DNA of 64,000 nucleotides from Octopus bimaculoides (GCF_001194135.2 NC_068998.1:27477104-27541103); one strand, 5' to 3'. Shown: positions 1 to 14,195, numbered from the stretch's first letter. Translations and numbers: made by a program. Notes: generated by a model not told the origin, from the letters alone.

Positions 1-1212
1 AGAATTGGTCTTTCAGACCATCTGGTAGCCCAGGTTGAGGTGCATAGGCTGAGATGACAGTAGCTAATCTATGATGAAGCACTAGTCTGATCTTAAGTAC
101 TCTGTCACTTACTCTAACGACCTCGATTACCTTATCCACCCATTTCTCCGCTAGAAGTATTCCTACGCCCCCGACCCCGTCAGTGTTCCCTGCCCAGAAA
201 ATCTTGTACCTGTGTTCTTTGCCTGTGAGGAACCTTGCAGAACCTCCTCTCCATCTTACTTCCTGGATGCAGCACATATCTACGCATCTCCGTTCAAGCA
301 TCTCAACAATTTCACCAGATCTACCTTGATGATGGTAATCATGATAAGGTGTTTGCCAACAAGAAAACCTCTCAGATTAATATTTACTTAATCTGGTATT
401 CTAGATATATTATCTTTTTGTAGATGTTGAATGATGATGATGTAGGTGTTTCCCATTTATTATGTTATGTATATCTCTAACACAATTAGGCTACATACAT
501 CTCATTTGCAATGAACCTTCTAAAAGAGACGACGTGTTAAATTTACCTTGTATAAGCTTAGTCAAGAAGACTTTAGGAACCATCCAATAATGGAACTCAC
601 AACTTGCAGAAGTTCACCCAAGGCAGCCTCAACCATTGCTACACGTGCTAGTTGGGCATTTGATAATATGATAGTTGTAGCTATTTGGTTTTGAAATTAG
701 CTTCACAACTATATGGATTTGAGTTCTGTCCCAGTGCATAGGTATTTGGATATATATCTTCTATTGTGGCCTTGGGCTGGACTAATGTTTTTTTGAGTGA
801 ATTTGATATATACATACAATGTGTGTATATATATATATATATACATACATACATACAGAATGGGACAAGAACGCAAAACATCCAGACAGTTAGGTGATAC
901 AAGAAAGGAACAAAACATCCAGATAGACGATACAAAGAAAACATGGACAGGTCATTTGGAGTTTTCTCTCTTCAGTTGAGATCCAGATTATCTTTGCAAT
1001 TTCGGCTGGTTATTCTCAATATTGCTCCAATATGGCCAGCCCCAAGGAAAAACTAAGCTAAGAGCATTAGATTCCTTGGAAGAAAGCAGCGAATGTATAC
1101 AAAAGCAATGACGGAAAAAAACGAACAATGTTACACAAATACAGTAGGAATAACAGGACAAAACAACAGATGTCTTTCGACTGGACAAATAAAATTAAGC
1201 TGGCGTATATGG

Positions 1213-1677
1213 AAATAAGGCTTTACAGCCGAGATACAAGATTTCACAGGCACAGGGAGGAATAACGATGTTGCATGCTCAATGGCCGCCCAAGAAAGAA
1301 AGGTCAGGCTTGGCCGTGGGAAGAGAAGAGAGAGAGGTAGAGGCAATTTTTCTAAATCTTGTATGATTCTATTTCTGTCTATCAGCCCCTTCACCCTTAT
1401 TCGTTCATTCCACTGTTCGTTCTTTCATTCCCCCCCGCTCACATTTCCTTGCCTTCTCTTATCCCGCCACTTTTCACTTCACTGTGTCCCTGTCATTTTT
1501 TCTCGCCCCTCCTTAATTCTTTTGTCCCTCTGTCTCTACCTCTCTCTCTTCTCTTCCCACATGACCGGTGTTCAGCCAAGCCTGACCTTTCTTTCTTGGG
1601 CGGCCGGTGAGCATGCAACATCGTTATTCCTCCCTGTGCCTGTGAAATCTTGTATCCCGGCTGTAAGGCCTTATTTT
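1213..1677. repeat. Foldback: ~130-150-bp inverted arms with a ~190-bp CT-rich spacer
   Basis: 1213-1344 is the reverse complement of 1531-1677, with one small indel. Confidence 0.85.
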
Positions 1678-1989
1678 GGGTGGACCATGCTAATAGCTTT
1701 TGAATGAAAAATCACTTTCATGTAAGTTATACCCTCCCCCTTTACTTCTAGACAAACAATAACTTCCATTATGCCAGTCATCCACTCCATTATATATCAG
1801 CTAACAGAATGCATTATGCTTATCAACACAGAACATAGCCAAATCATTCAGAGTTTACCGCTTCTTCTCATAATAACGGTATACAAATTGACATATGAAT
1901 TTTTCCATGTCTCTTTATTTGTTACTAAAAAATGAAATTATATAATGCACAACTTCAAATTGCTATGTCTTCCATCTTATATGTTCCTT

Positions 1990-3600
1990 AATCATTTGCT
2001 CTTATCAGCCATGCCACCAAAACGAAGACATTCTAAATTATCTCCAAACAAGAGCTGCCAAGAAAACTGCCTCTATCCATGCTCAAGAAAACTCACTTCA
2101 GTGATGTCCAAATGTGTAATATTTCAAATGATCACAGACAGCGGAAGTTCTGCTCCAAACTACACTTATTGTCTCGGATGAATGCATGATGACACACTGT
2201 AGTGCACTACAGGTCCTAGATAGGTCACTAAGGGATATTAAAAACAACACTGCCATTATGGAGGGCTTAACTGTTGTCCTTGCAGGGGATTTCCGTCAAA
2301 TATTACAAGTCATACCATGGGGTACGAGAGCTGACGAGATCTATGCATGTCTGAAGTCTTCACTTCTGTAGAGGTTTGTTCATCAGCTTTCATTAAGCAA
2401 GAATATGCATGCTCATCTCTACAATGACCCCTTAGCTGAGGAATTCTTTCATCAACTTCTATAAATTGCAAATGGCGCTTAACTGTTGAATAACAGCCTG
2501 CAGCAGTATGTACTGCAATGTGGGCATATGGTGTCTACATTGGCTGAGCTTAAAGAAAAGGTATTTCTCACATTGCAAGACAACTTCAAAAGCATAACAT
2601 GGTTCGCAGAGAGAGCTGTTTTAGCACCTTGGAATGAAAGCATTGATAAAGTAAACCATGAACTTCTCCACATTCTACCTGGAGTTGCTTCAACGTTTGT
2701 CTTCATTGATACTACCCTCAATGAACATGCTGCTGTTGAGTATCCAGTTGAATTTCTGAACTCTCTACAATCCACATGACTGCCACCACATAAGTTGTTC
2801 CTAAAGAAAGGTGCACCTCTCATGTTCTTGAGAAATTTGACCCTACCATGACTATGCAATGGTACAAGATTGACTGTAACTACAATGATAAGTCGTGTCC
2901 TAGAAGCAACCATTATTGCTGGCTGCCACCAAGAAGAGATCACAAACATTCCTACGCATGCCCTTTATTCCCTCAAATGTACCATTTCAATTCAAGCACC
3001 TCCAGTTCCCAGTGTAATTGTGCTTCACTATGACAATCAACAAAGCCCAGGGTCAAACTTTAAAAATTGTGGGTCTCAATTTACAAATACCCTACTTTTC
3101 TCATGGACAACTATATGTCGAATGCTCTCGAGTTAGCAGTGCAGATGACTTGTATATTTATTCTACCAACACTTACACAAAACCTAGTTTACCCAGAAGC
3201 GTTGTTGGCTTCACTTAACATATGTTGAAGTATGCAGTCTGCCCACACATTACAGAGATGGTGCTTTTCACAATGAAGCAGCTTTCTTTCCGTGTACCTT
3301 ACTTTCTACAACACGGATACCTCTATTTCCTCATATGTCATCCAATTCTTTACATCCGTAAGTCTAGGTCATTTTGGGGGCAATGTTAGGATTTCATTCT
3401 AATCTAAGCTGCCATTCTACGTGTTTTTGGTCTCAACAATTTCAGCATTGTTCATCACAAAATGACTGCAAAGCATATTTATAAAGAAGAGTTGTTTGCT
3501 TCACACTCCTCGTGTGCTGATTCTGCCCATAAGAAGGAAACAGATAATACAATGTGGCTTTAAGTCTTAACACTCGGGCAATGCTGGTATGCATTGCTAG
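1990..3600 (+). mobile_element. Degenerate, internally deleted Helitron (Rep-Hel N-terminus joined to a PIF1 helicase remnant)
   Basis: Frameshifted motifs LIVSDECMM (Walker B), [55 protein letters not shown] and [13 protein letters not shown]. The 3' end is a hairpin gcaatgc-tggtat-gcattgc overlapping CTAG (3597-3600), followed by T. The 5' boundary is uncertain. Confidence 0.88.
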
Positions 3601-4045
3601 TTTTATTATAAATGCAAAACAACATCATGGAGGAATTAATGTAAGCTTAAATATTAAACTGCAATTGGTGAGGGATTACTGTATTTTTAAAATAATATTT
3701 TAGTTACTGTTTCAGCATGTTGGTTGAATGGTTGATATAACTTAAAACCAGACAAATGATATTATTCACCCTCACAACCTTATATTATAAATTTTTATGC
3801 AGGAGATAAACAAAATTTGGAACATTATCTCCTTAGATTTTTTTTCTTCAAGAAATGACTTGACAACAAGCAATAATTCCTTAAACCAAATATTTTAACC
3901 TTTTGGTGTCTGCATTAGTTCTGCTCTATATACTTTCGATGTCTAAATTTGTTGGTAAAAAATGAAAATCAGTATATTTATGTTTCTTGCAGTTAAAGAG
4001 ACAAAATTATTGAGGTGGAGTTTTGGATCAGGATGCCCATAGAAG

Positions 4046-4450
4046 TTTAATTTTCTCCATTTTGATGGGGATTTTTCCAATTGTATTTTTCATGAAGGCC
4101 TTGGAAATGATATGGGTAGCAGGGCTTATGAAATTTTTTCTTTTCTAAATTTATGATTTTTTTTATCACCTCATCCCCATCCTCCTGGCTGATATAAGCC
4201 AATTTTTTGGCACTACGTACTTGAAAACCATGTGAGAAGCCTTTTTGGTTACCAAAACAAATTGTAAATATTTTCAAATGAAAAGGTGTGTGATTTAAGG
4301 GAGATTTGGCTGTTGTTTCTAGCACATCCCATGACCACCTTTCTTGTTTCTTTGTCACTGTCAACATGTATCGATGTTTTTCAATAACTTTCTTCCCATC
4401 AGCACATTTTATGGAATGATGATGTGGAAGTAACGTCCATGTGGTACATT
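4046..4450 (-). mobile_element. Unclassified dispersed repeat with an open frame; homologous to 60075-60715
   Basis: Shared blocks ttctccattttgatggggattttt, gatttaagggagatttgg and ttttatggaatgat; no recognised family motif. Confidence 0.5.
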
Positions 4451-4741
4451 GCTGGGATCTAAGCAGCAAAAAGAAAATTTAAATTTAGATCTTTAACCCT
4501 TATAAATGAAACTTCCCCAATACTAAATAGGAAATATACATAGTAGATATCATAACCCCATACCCACAGTTTACATAGGTAGAGTAGAATAGTTAGTGGG
4601 CTGTTATGTAGATAGATGTGTGTGGGTGTATATATATATATATATATATACACACTCTCTNNNNNNNNNNNNNNNNNNNNNNNNNNNNNNNNNNNNNNNN
4701 NNNNNNNNNNNNNNNNNNNNNNNNNNNNNNNNNGTTTTTTT

Positions 4742-4788
<47 letters not shown>

Positions 4789-5217
4789 ATGCACATGTAT
4801 GTAAGCATATGGATATGAAAATAACACCCCAAATCTCTCTCTGCATTCTCTGGGTATGGTGGTCATGTGTGTTGATTTTATACTAATCGACAGGCTCTGA
4901 AATGAAGGTGCTAAAAGTGATATTTGGCACTGGAACCTATTCTACATGAAGTCATGATTGGCCAGATCACATGAACAATAGTCTTTCCAGGTGAAACTGT
5001 TTCACCAATCTAGGAATGTATACAACAAAGCAGTCTCTTGTCTTCTGACTAATTACTACCTATTTTATTAGATATTTTTCCACAGTACACTGCTCTTGTC
5101 TGTCTGATATTTTACTTCCCAGATTTTACCCACAAATTAACCTAATTTGATAACAATGTCCAATTTAAAAGAAAAAAACGTTACCTTGATTGTCAAGGGA
5201 TTTTCTTTCTGTTGTAG

Positions 5218-5288
5218 ATGGCGTAATCCAAACCTGACAATTGCCTTGTGGATCTGTTGTAACATCGGATGTTTTGTTTTGTCTAAAG
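5218..5288 (+). CDS. ZFYVE27: Protrudin exon: (R)WRNPNLTIALWICCNIGCFVLSK
   Basis: ttgtag acceptor, gtattg donor; hydrophobic segment; in phase with the next exon. Confidence 0.85.
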
Positions 5289-8200
5289 GTATTGTTCACA
5301 GTATTTTTACAATAACATGGAAACACTCCTGCAAATAGCTTCCTAACATTTCTCTAGAGCAATGGCTCTCCATTCTTTTGATAATGTGGTTCACTGGCAG
5401 ATAAATGATAATTTATTGACTCACTTTCTCATGGAAACATAAAGAAAACAAAAACAAAATATTTTGTTTTATAAGTTATACTTGTGTATAACAAAATTAT
5501 GAATTACAATTTCAAAACAATGAATCATTAGTATGGATTTTCTGAAGCCTTAAATTATATTTTAAAAAATCTATAGTGCACCATTTCAGAAACACCATTG
5601 GAGTTTTAATAATTGAATGTTTTAGATACGCATTTTAAGAAAAATAGGATAGAGAACAGAAATAGAAGCAGAGGGCTGTAAACTTGTTTAGATGGAACTG
5701 TAAGATGTTGATTAGTGTCAATGGAAGGCTGATGATAGACAGTGTAGGATGGAGAGAATGGACAACAGTAATGTAATTCTTTTAAAGGATTATATTACTG
5801 GATTATATATACAAGAGAAAGGAGTAGTGCCTTTGACATTATAAATCTCACAAACTCTCCAAGACTGTTCAAATTGGTACTGTTAATGTCTTGTTTGAAC
5901 TACTAGAAATTTATGTCTACTGCAAAAACATGAAGGAGAGAGGAAATCCATTGGCATCACACTGCAAAGCAGGGGGAATGAACTTACTGATTAGTGTGGG
6001 GCCATGCAATGGGACAAGATGAGGAGAGAGGTTGGTGTATACATATTTTTGTGGTTTAGGCCCAGTTCAGCTCTGATTAAACTGAGCTATGATCATAACC
6101 GTTCTAGTCACGAACATCCTGTCCTTTTTGTTTGTCTATGATCACATTGTCCTTGCCACTTCTTTTAATCCTTTTCTACTCTAGGCACAAAGCCCAAAAT
6201 TTTTGGGGAGGGGCCAGTCGATGCAACTGGTACTTAATTTATCGACCCTGAAAGGATGAAAGGCAAAGTTGACCTCAGCGGAATTTGAACTCAGAGCGTA
6301 AAGACAGATGAATTACCGTTATGCACTTCATCCGGCGTGCTACATTTCTGCCAGCTCACCACCTTTTCTTTTAATTATTATTTGCAGGAGTGGTTACTAT
6401 TTCTAGCAACTCATGCAACCACATAATCTCTCTCATGGGTTGATGTATATTTAGTGTTTGTAGACATTGTTCTATAGGAATTGATAGAGGGTTTTAAAAA
6501 AATTTATTTTTACTTGGGAATGGGTTTAGTGAGTGATGATCAGTTGAACGTTTTTGTTGTTTGTAATGAAATATGTTACTTCTATCTTTCAGCTGCCTTC
6601 TTTGTTTTAGTGTCTTTACTAGTTGTAGCTATTGCTACTTTATCACTTATTCATATACACACACGTATATTTGACACTATACTGCCTGAAAGCCACAGAG
6701 AATGTTATCTTCCTGGAGAAAACAATGGGGATGAAGAAATATGTCAAAATACTGTTAGAGAATTCCAATACAGGTAAACTATTTTCATTGTTTATTAATT
6801 ACATCTACTTCATTGTTATAGAAGTCTCACAGTGTGGCTGCACAACTTTGTATAATTCAGCAATAAAACACAGCCTCCTCTAATCCAACAGCATCATGGG
6901 AAATGACTGTTAAAATGATGATTATGTTATTGTATTCCAAAGAGGTGTTTACATTTATGGTGTGCGTGATATTTACTGAAATTATATATCTATATCAGTC
7001 ATGTTGGCTGTCATTAGTAACACTGTTTGGGTGACAATGAATATTTGGGATTTTTGAGTCTTCATTAAAATCATTTTACTGATAGCAAATAGGTGTTATT
7101 TGTATGTGATGTGGTGCTAATGTGTGTATGGAGGGTTTGAAAATCAGTTGCCATATAAAATCTCTTAATTCTCCATTGTTGAGTAGGTAAGTTAGTTATA
7201 AAACAGTTCATCCTCATCATATTGAAATGTGATGCAAAGTCATCATCGTTTAACGTCCTCTTTCCATGCTGGCATGGGTTGGATGGTTTGACTGACGACT
7301 GGCAAGCCAGGAGGCTGCACCAGGCTCCAATCTGATCTGGCAAGGTTTCTACAGCTGGATACCCTTCCTAATGCCAACTACTCTGAGTGTGTATAGGGTG
7401 CTTTTTATGTGCCACTGACATGAGGGCCAGTCAGTTGGCACTGGCTTCAACCACGCTTGAATGGTGCATTTTATGTGTCACCTGCACAGGAGCCAGTCAG
7501 GCGGAATTGGCATCAACTTCACTCATGTGGTACTTTTTACATGCTACCAACTCGTGAGTCAGTCTGGCGGTACTGGCTTCGACCACGCTCGAATGGGGCT
7601 TCTTATGTGTCATTGGCATGGGTGCCAGTGAGGTGGTACTGGCATCAGCCACAACAACAGGTCTTCTCAAGCACAGCATATTGCCTGACAATTGAAGGGT
7701 ACTGTTAAATGGGTCAGTTATGCAACACTGGCATAGGTCACGGCTACAATCTCACTTGGCTTGCCAGGTCTTCCAAGTACAAGATATCTCCAAAGGTCTT
7801 GGTCACTTGTCATTGCCTCTGTGAAGCCCAGCATTCAAAGGTCGTGCTTCACCACCTCACTGCATGTTTTCCTGGGTCTACCTCTTCCACAGGTTCCTTC
7901 CACTGTTAGGGTGTGACACTTCTTCACACAGCTATCCTCATTCATAAGTAACACATGACGATACCAGCGCAGTCATCTCTCTTGCATACCACATCTGATG
8001 CTTCTTATATCCAACTTGTGTCTCAGGGTACTTACACTCTGTCATGCATGCACACTGACATTATACATCAGTAGAACATACTATCTTCATTTCTTTCAAG
8101 CCTACACATGTCCTCAGCAGTCACAGCCCATGTCTCACAGCCATGTAGCGTGGCTGTTCGCACATGTGTCATACAGTCTACCTTTCACTCTTTCACAGCA

Positions 8201-11200
8201 GAGGTAGGAGCTCTCTGAACTTTGCCTTGGCTATTCTTATTCTAATAGCTACACTCTCAGAGCATCCACCTCCGCAACTGACTTGGTCACCTAAGTAACG
8301 GAAGCGGTCAACTACTTCTAGTTTTTCCCCTTGGCATGTGATAGAATCTGTTTTCTGCACATTTTCAGTGTTTATTGCCCCTGTGCATCTGTCACACACA
8401 AAAACTATCTTCCCGGTTAACCTTCCTTTGATGCTGCTGCACCTCTTATGTGTCCATAGCTTACACTAGGTACATCTTATGGAGTTTCTACCTATGCCTT
8501 TTCTATAGATCGAGCAGGACCATCTACCTGAAGGGATTTGTGGTTTGTCTGCCTTCCTACTTACTAAGACTTTGGTTTTTGCTAGATTGACTCTAAGGCC
8601 CTTTGATTCTAGACTTTGCTCCCACACCTGAAAGATCTCCTCTAGTTCTGGTAGTGACTCTGCTATTAGAGCAAGGTCATCAGCAGAGAGGAGCTCCCAG
8701 GGGCAGCCTGTCTTGAATTCCTCTGTTTCTGCCTGGAGGACTATGATGAATAAGAGGGGACTGATCGTTGTTGGACCCCTACTTCTAACTGGAATTCTTC
8801 ACTATACTCGTTGCCAACCCTCACCTTACTGACAGCATCCTTGTACAGCTCTCACTAACCACTCATCTATCTCTAGTTTCTCCATTGACCACCAACCAGG
8901 TAAGGGATTGGGCACCCTGTCAAAGGCTTTCTCCATGTCACGAAAAGCCAAGTACAGAGGTTTATCTTTGTCTTGGAATTTGTCTAGCTACAAGGCTACA
9001 TCATACTCCAGTATCAGCTTTAGCATGGTTTCTACAACTGGATGCCCTTCCTAACACCAACCACAATACAGTATGTACTGGGTGATTTTTTTGCATGCCA
9101 CCAGCACGAGTGAGGTTACCTAGTAAGTTGCAAAACATGAAAAGAAAGGAAAAGTGGGGGAAAAGTCCCCATGACTAGGTAGGGCAGGGCAAGTATTAGG
9201 GAGGAGGTGGCTTTATATCAAGTGTTAGAAGGCTAAAGTATGAGAGATAAGCACAGGTGTCATGCTAAACCTTACAAAGGTGACAGAGGATCAAGAAATG
9301 TGGCGCATTTTTGTACTACCCACCACAACAGAATTGAGATCTTAAAACTGAAGTGCCACATTGGTGTAAGTACTGGTACCACATAGACAGCACAGGTGCT
9401 GGTGCCACCTAAAAAGCACCCTGTATACTCTGTAAAGTGGTTGGTGTTAGGAAAGGCATCCACCAAACCAAAACAGATTATGGAACTTGGTGTGGCTCCT
9501 GGCTTTGTCAGTTTCTTTCAAGTCATCCAACCCATGCCAACATAGAAAACAGATGTTAAATGATGATGATGAAAACACTTCTATGAGCAATGTTTTCTAT
9601 TAGGTTAATTTTTATACAGACACACACTGTTAATACATTAAGTAAACATTTCTTCAAATCTCCATTGGAAACTACAGAATGTATTTTTCTAACAACTTTA
9701 TATTTAGCTTGATACAGGTCAATGATTTCCTGATCCGCTGCAATGAGTACCTCGACAGTTTTTACACAATTCTAAAATGGGAAGAAATAGGTCCCTCACT
9801 CAGGTAAGTGTTCCATAAATAGTCGTTTAACAACATAAACAGTTATGTTATACACATCATGCTGTAATACAGTATGCACAATATATGGACATCAGATGAT
9901 CTACACACTCACGAAACTTTAAGTAATGTGGAGCTTTGATTAAAGCCATTCTAGCTATGACCAACCTGTCTTTCTTTTTCAAACATAGTTTGTCTTGGAT
10001 CACATTATCCAAGAAAACTGTTTTTAATTTTGTACATCCCTTATTATCCATTCACTATAACCTATGCATCATTAACATGTTTTTACTCTCTTAGACTCAT
10101 ATCACACTCCATTATAAATTATACTACCTTTCCTACTGTCTATATCTCATTTATAAAGGACAAATAGCACTTTCCACATTAATATGCATGCACACGCCTT
10201 AGCAGTGTAGGGAACACGGTTTATTGTAGTCTACTACAACCTATAAAACTAGCCATCCACAAACACTTAAGCACTTCAGTAACCTGATCTTATTCCTCTG
10301 ATCCAGACAAATACAAATATACCCAATGTTCTTGGTGAGTTGGGGGTGACTACCATCTTTAATCACTCCCAAACATTTGAAATATTTTTCATTGACTGTC
10401 ACTACCCAGGCTGCCACAACAACCTTTGAACATACAAAATTAAGTTGAACAGCAAAGCACTTGCCATATATTCTGATTCCCACACTTAGGTCTCTAAACC
10501 AGCAACCACTATATGGCAATATATTTTCTCATTCTCACACCCAACTCTCTAAACCAGTGACCATTGTATGGCAATATATCTTCAATCCTGCTACCTAAAC
10601 TGCTGTGGTGCTATACATTCATTCTCACGCACAGCTCTCTAAAACAACAACCACTCTTGTACTATATATTTATCACAACTGACAGCTCTCTGAACCAGTA
10701 ACTACTGCATGGCTGATCCTAGGTGACATTTTCTACACAAATCAGTTGCTGTTTAAATTAACACAGATCAACCAAATTTTTTATCAAAGCTGTTCCTGCC
10801 ATGACCATCCCATCCCTTTTTCAGGCATTTGTACTTTAGACTTACATTAACGAATATGTCCTTTCAATTCAGTAAGGTCTGGTTTGGGGAAAATTTGTCT
10901 TGTACACAGATTTTAACAAAGTAAATTAAAAGTGTTGATAAAATTACCTCATTAAGTTTATCTTGTATTGACCCACAATTTTGTTTTCCAATATGTCATA
11001 AGTTCAAATCCCACTTAACCACAAAACTCCAATTACTTCCCAGTTTATATTTGTGAAAAATAGCTGCCATCTCTAATTTTTGGCTAAGTTGGTTACTCAT
11101 GAAGAGATCCTATACATGCAAGATATCTTCCACAATTCAATGTTGAATATAATGTCTAAAATTTAAGGACCGATGTATGAGAGTCAGGAAAAAGAATTGC

Positions 11201-14195
11201 TTTTCAATGTCTGTTTTTCAGTTAAAATTCAGAGATAATTTCTTGTATGCTTTTTATTTCTGTTAAAAGTTCTGAATCCATGCTATCATTAATATCTTTG
11301 ATTATGTATTCCTTGCTTTTCTTTTGCAGATTCCACATAGAAATCTGTTCCTTTTTGATCTTCCTCACCATGTTTCCAGCTCGCTGGAATTTTATCCTTT
11401 TCTTCAATTGGTTTTTCTTAGGTCATGAAGAAATGTTAAAATGTAAGTTAGATCCTCTTTATCTTTGCATTTATCTTTGTAAGCACCAATATCCATCTCA
11501 TTCTTAAAGTAATGAATCAATATTTACTTTGTAGTCATAATTTGTTTTCTATCTCTAATATTCCTACTGAATTATGTATTTCTTCAGCTGTTCTGAAGAG
11601 TATCTCTATATCATCAGCACTCCAAACCAAACTGCATGTGTCTATGTTAATGAGTCTCTGTACAACTGTATACATAATTATTAATTATAGAGTCATCTGC
11701 AGCCTCAGAGATGAGAGGGTCATATGGATCAGATATTGGACTACGTTTAGTGTGTGTCTGAACAAAACATTTTAATCCACATTGCCTCAGTGTTGGAAAT
11801 AGGCAGCAGGAACTGTTAGCTATGTTAGATTGATATCCTATCTAGGAAAAGGTTTATTTTCATTTTTACCATACTATGAGAGTTAAGTACTGGCTCTTGA
11901 ATGTTACTCTCCACTCTAGATATATTAGTTTTAATCTGGTCATGTCTCTTCCTGGAGATAAAGTTTAGTCTAATTTGCTCGCTAATTACACCAAACTAAT
12001 TAGTCTGTGCTATAAAAGCTATTTCATCATATTTCAAATAATACCTATAAAGTTTATACTATCTTATTGGTATTTGTGGTTTCAGATATTTCTAAAAAAT
12101 CTCAATTTTTTATGGCAAAATGGAAAGATGAAAATGAATTAGAAGTTGAAAATCCCACGAGTGGTCCAAAAGTACCAGAAATGGATTCTAATGGTCAAAC
12201 TGAACAGGTGAGAAACTTAATCACTAATTGCAGATACCATACCATGAAATTGGTATGTAAAAAGCTCCCCTTGAATGTTGGGCAATATTTTGTGCTTGAG
12301 AAGACCTGTCAAGCCATGTGAAATGATAGTCGTGGCCAGTGCCAGTGCTGTGGGACTGGCACCCATGCCAGTGGCACATAAAAAGCACCATTCGAATGCT
12401 GGGCCTCACAGAGGCAGTGACAGGTGACCAAGAGCTTTGATGAAATACCATGCTTATGAAGACCTGTCAAGCCAAGTGAGATCATAGTTGTGGTCAATGC
12501 CGGTGTCACGTAACTGGCACATAAAAAGCACCCATTACACTCCTGGAGTGGTTGGCATTAAGAAGGGCATCCAGCCATAGAAACCATACTAAATCAGATT
12601 GGAACTTGGTGCAGCTCCCTGCCTTACTAGTTCTCAGTCAAACCGTCCAATCCATGCCAGCATGGAAAATGGATGTTAAATGATGATGATGATGATGATA
12701 CAGCTAAATTACTTCCTAATTTACCCACAGTTCATATGTTAAGAATAAATCAGTCTCCATGATTTTTAAATAACCATGTTGGTTCTACTTGTTCCCAAGA
12801 CTATTTTGTCTAACTGTTCTGTTGTATTTGTAAAATGATGATAGAGATGCTAGTGTAAAAGCCAGAATTTGAATTGACAAGTGGTATGTACTGGTATCTA
12901 TGCCAGAGAAAAAAACCTTTGTGAATCGGAAGAATATCTGTCATTATTGAACCTCATTGATAAAATGGCACAAAATTAAAATGGAGTGGTGATCTACTGT
13001 TCTGAAAACTGATCCAACCCAAGTTAACAAGGAAATACTGTTGTTAAAACATGGCCATCAAGGAGAGAGAATATAAGTTTCAATTTTTGACACAAGGCTA
13101 GCAATTTCAGGGGAGGGGATAAGTAAATTACATCAACCCCAGTGTTCAACTGGTACTATTTTATTGACCCCAAAAGGATGAAAGGCAAAGTTGACTTCAG
13201 CAGGATTTGAACTCAGAGCATATAGAGGATGAAATTACACTATGCATTTTTCCCAGTGTGGTAACAGTTGTGCCAGCTAGCCACCTTATTAATCAATATG
13301 AATATTGATTCACTGAAAATAGATTCTTCACCCACTGTATGATAAATTGCAGTTACTCATCATCATCATCATCATCATCATCATTGCTTTATATCCACTT
13401 TTCCATTCTTGCATGAGTCATATAGAAAATTCTTTGGGGCACATTTTATATGGCTGGATGCCCTCCCTGTTACCAGCCATCACCTGTTTCCAAGCAAGAT
13501 AATACTTCCCATGGTTGGACATGATTTCACAGAAGACTGGAAACAAGGGACACCAATTGTGTGATTGTGACATTTGTATATAAAATGTCATGTGATGTCA
13601 AGACAAGAAGATGGAAGCAGTCATACACAGACATCCATATATATTTATATACAACAGGCTTCTTTTAGTTTCCATCTACTAAATCCATGCACAAGGCTTT
13701 AATCAGCTCAAAACTATAGTAGAAAACTTGCCTAAGGTGTTATGCAGTGGGACTGAATCTGAACCTATATGGTTGAGAATAAAACACTAAATATATATTG
13801 GCTTCAAATTTTGGCACAAGGCCAGCAATTTCGAGGAAGGGTTAATTTGACTACATCAACCCAAGTGCTCAACTAGTTGTCATTTTGGTGACCCCGAAAG
13901 GATGAAAGACAAAGTTAGCTTCAATGGAATTTTAATGCCAAACGTAAAGATGGACAAAATGCTGCTAAGCATTTTTCCCAGCGTCCTAATGATTCTGTCA
14001 GCTCACTGTCCTACTAAGAATAAATATTAATTTAGGTACAGGAGTGGCTGTGTGGTAAGTAGCTTGCTTACCAACCACATGGTTCCAGGTTCATTCCCAC
14101 TGCATGGCATCTTGGGCAAGTGTCTTCTACTATAGCCTCGGGCCGACCAAAGCCTTGTGAGTGAATTTGGTAGACGGAAACTAAAAGAAACCTGT

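Noticed and set aside
3880-3955. KYFNLLVS peptide resembling human protrudin FNLVLS
   Set aside because: An in-frame stop lies immediately upstream with no usable acceptor between
10430-10715. CRISPR-like repeat-spacer array here and at 37010-37510
   Set aside because: Eukaryotic context; the units are degenerate tandem repeats without unique spacers
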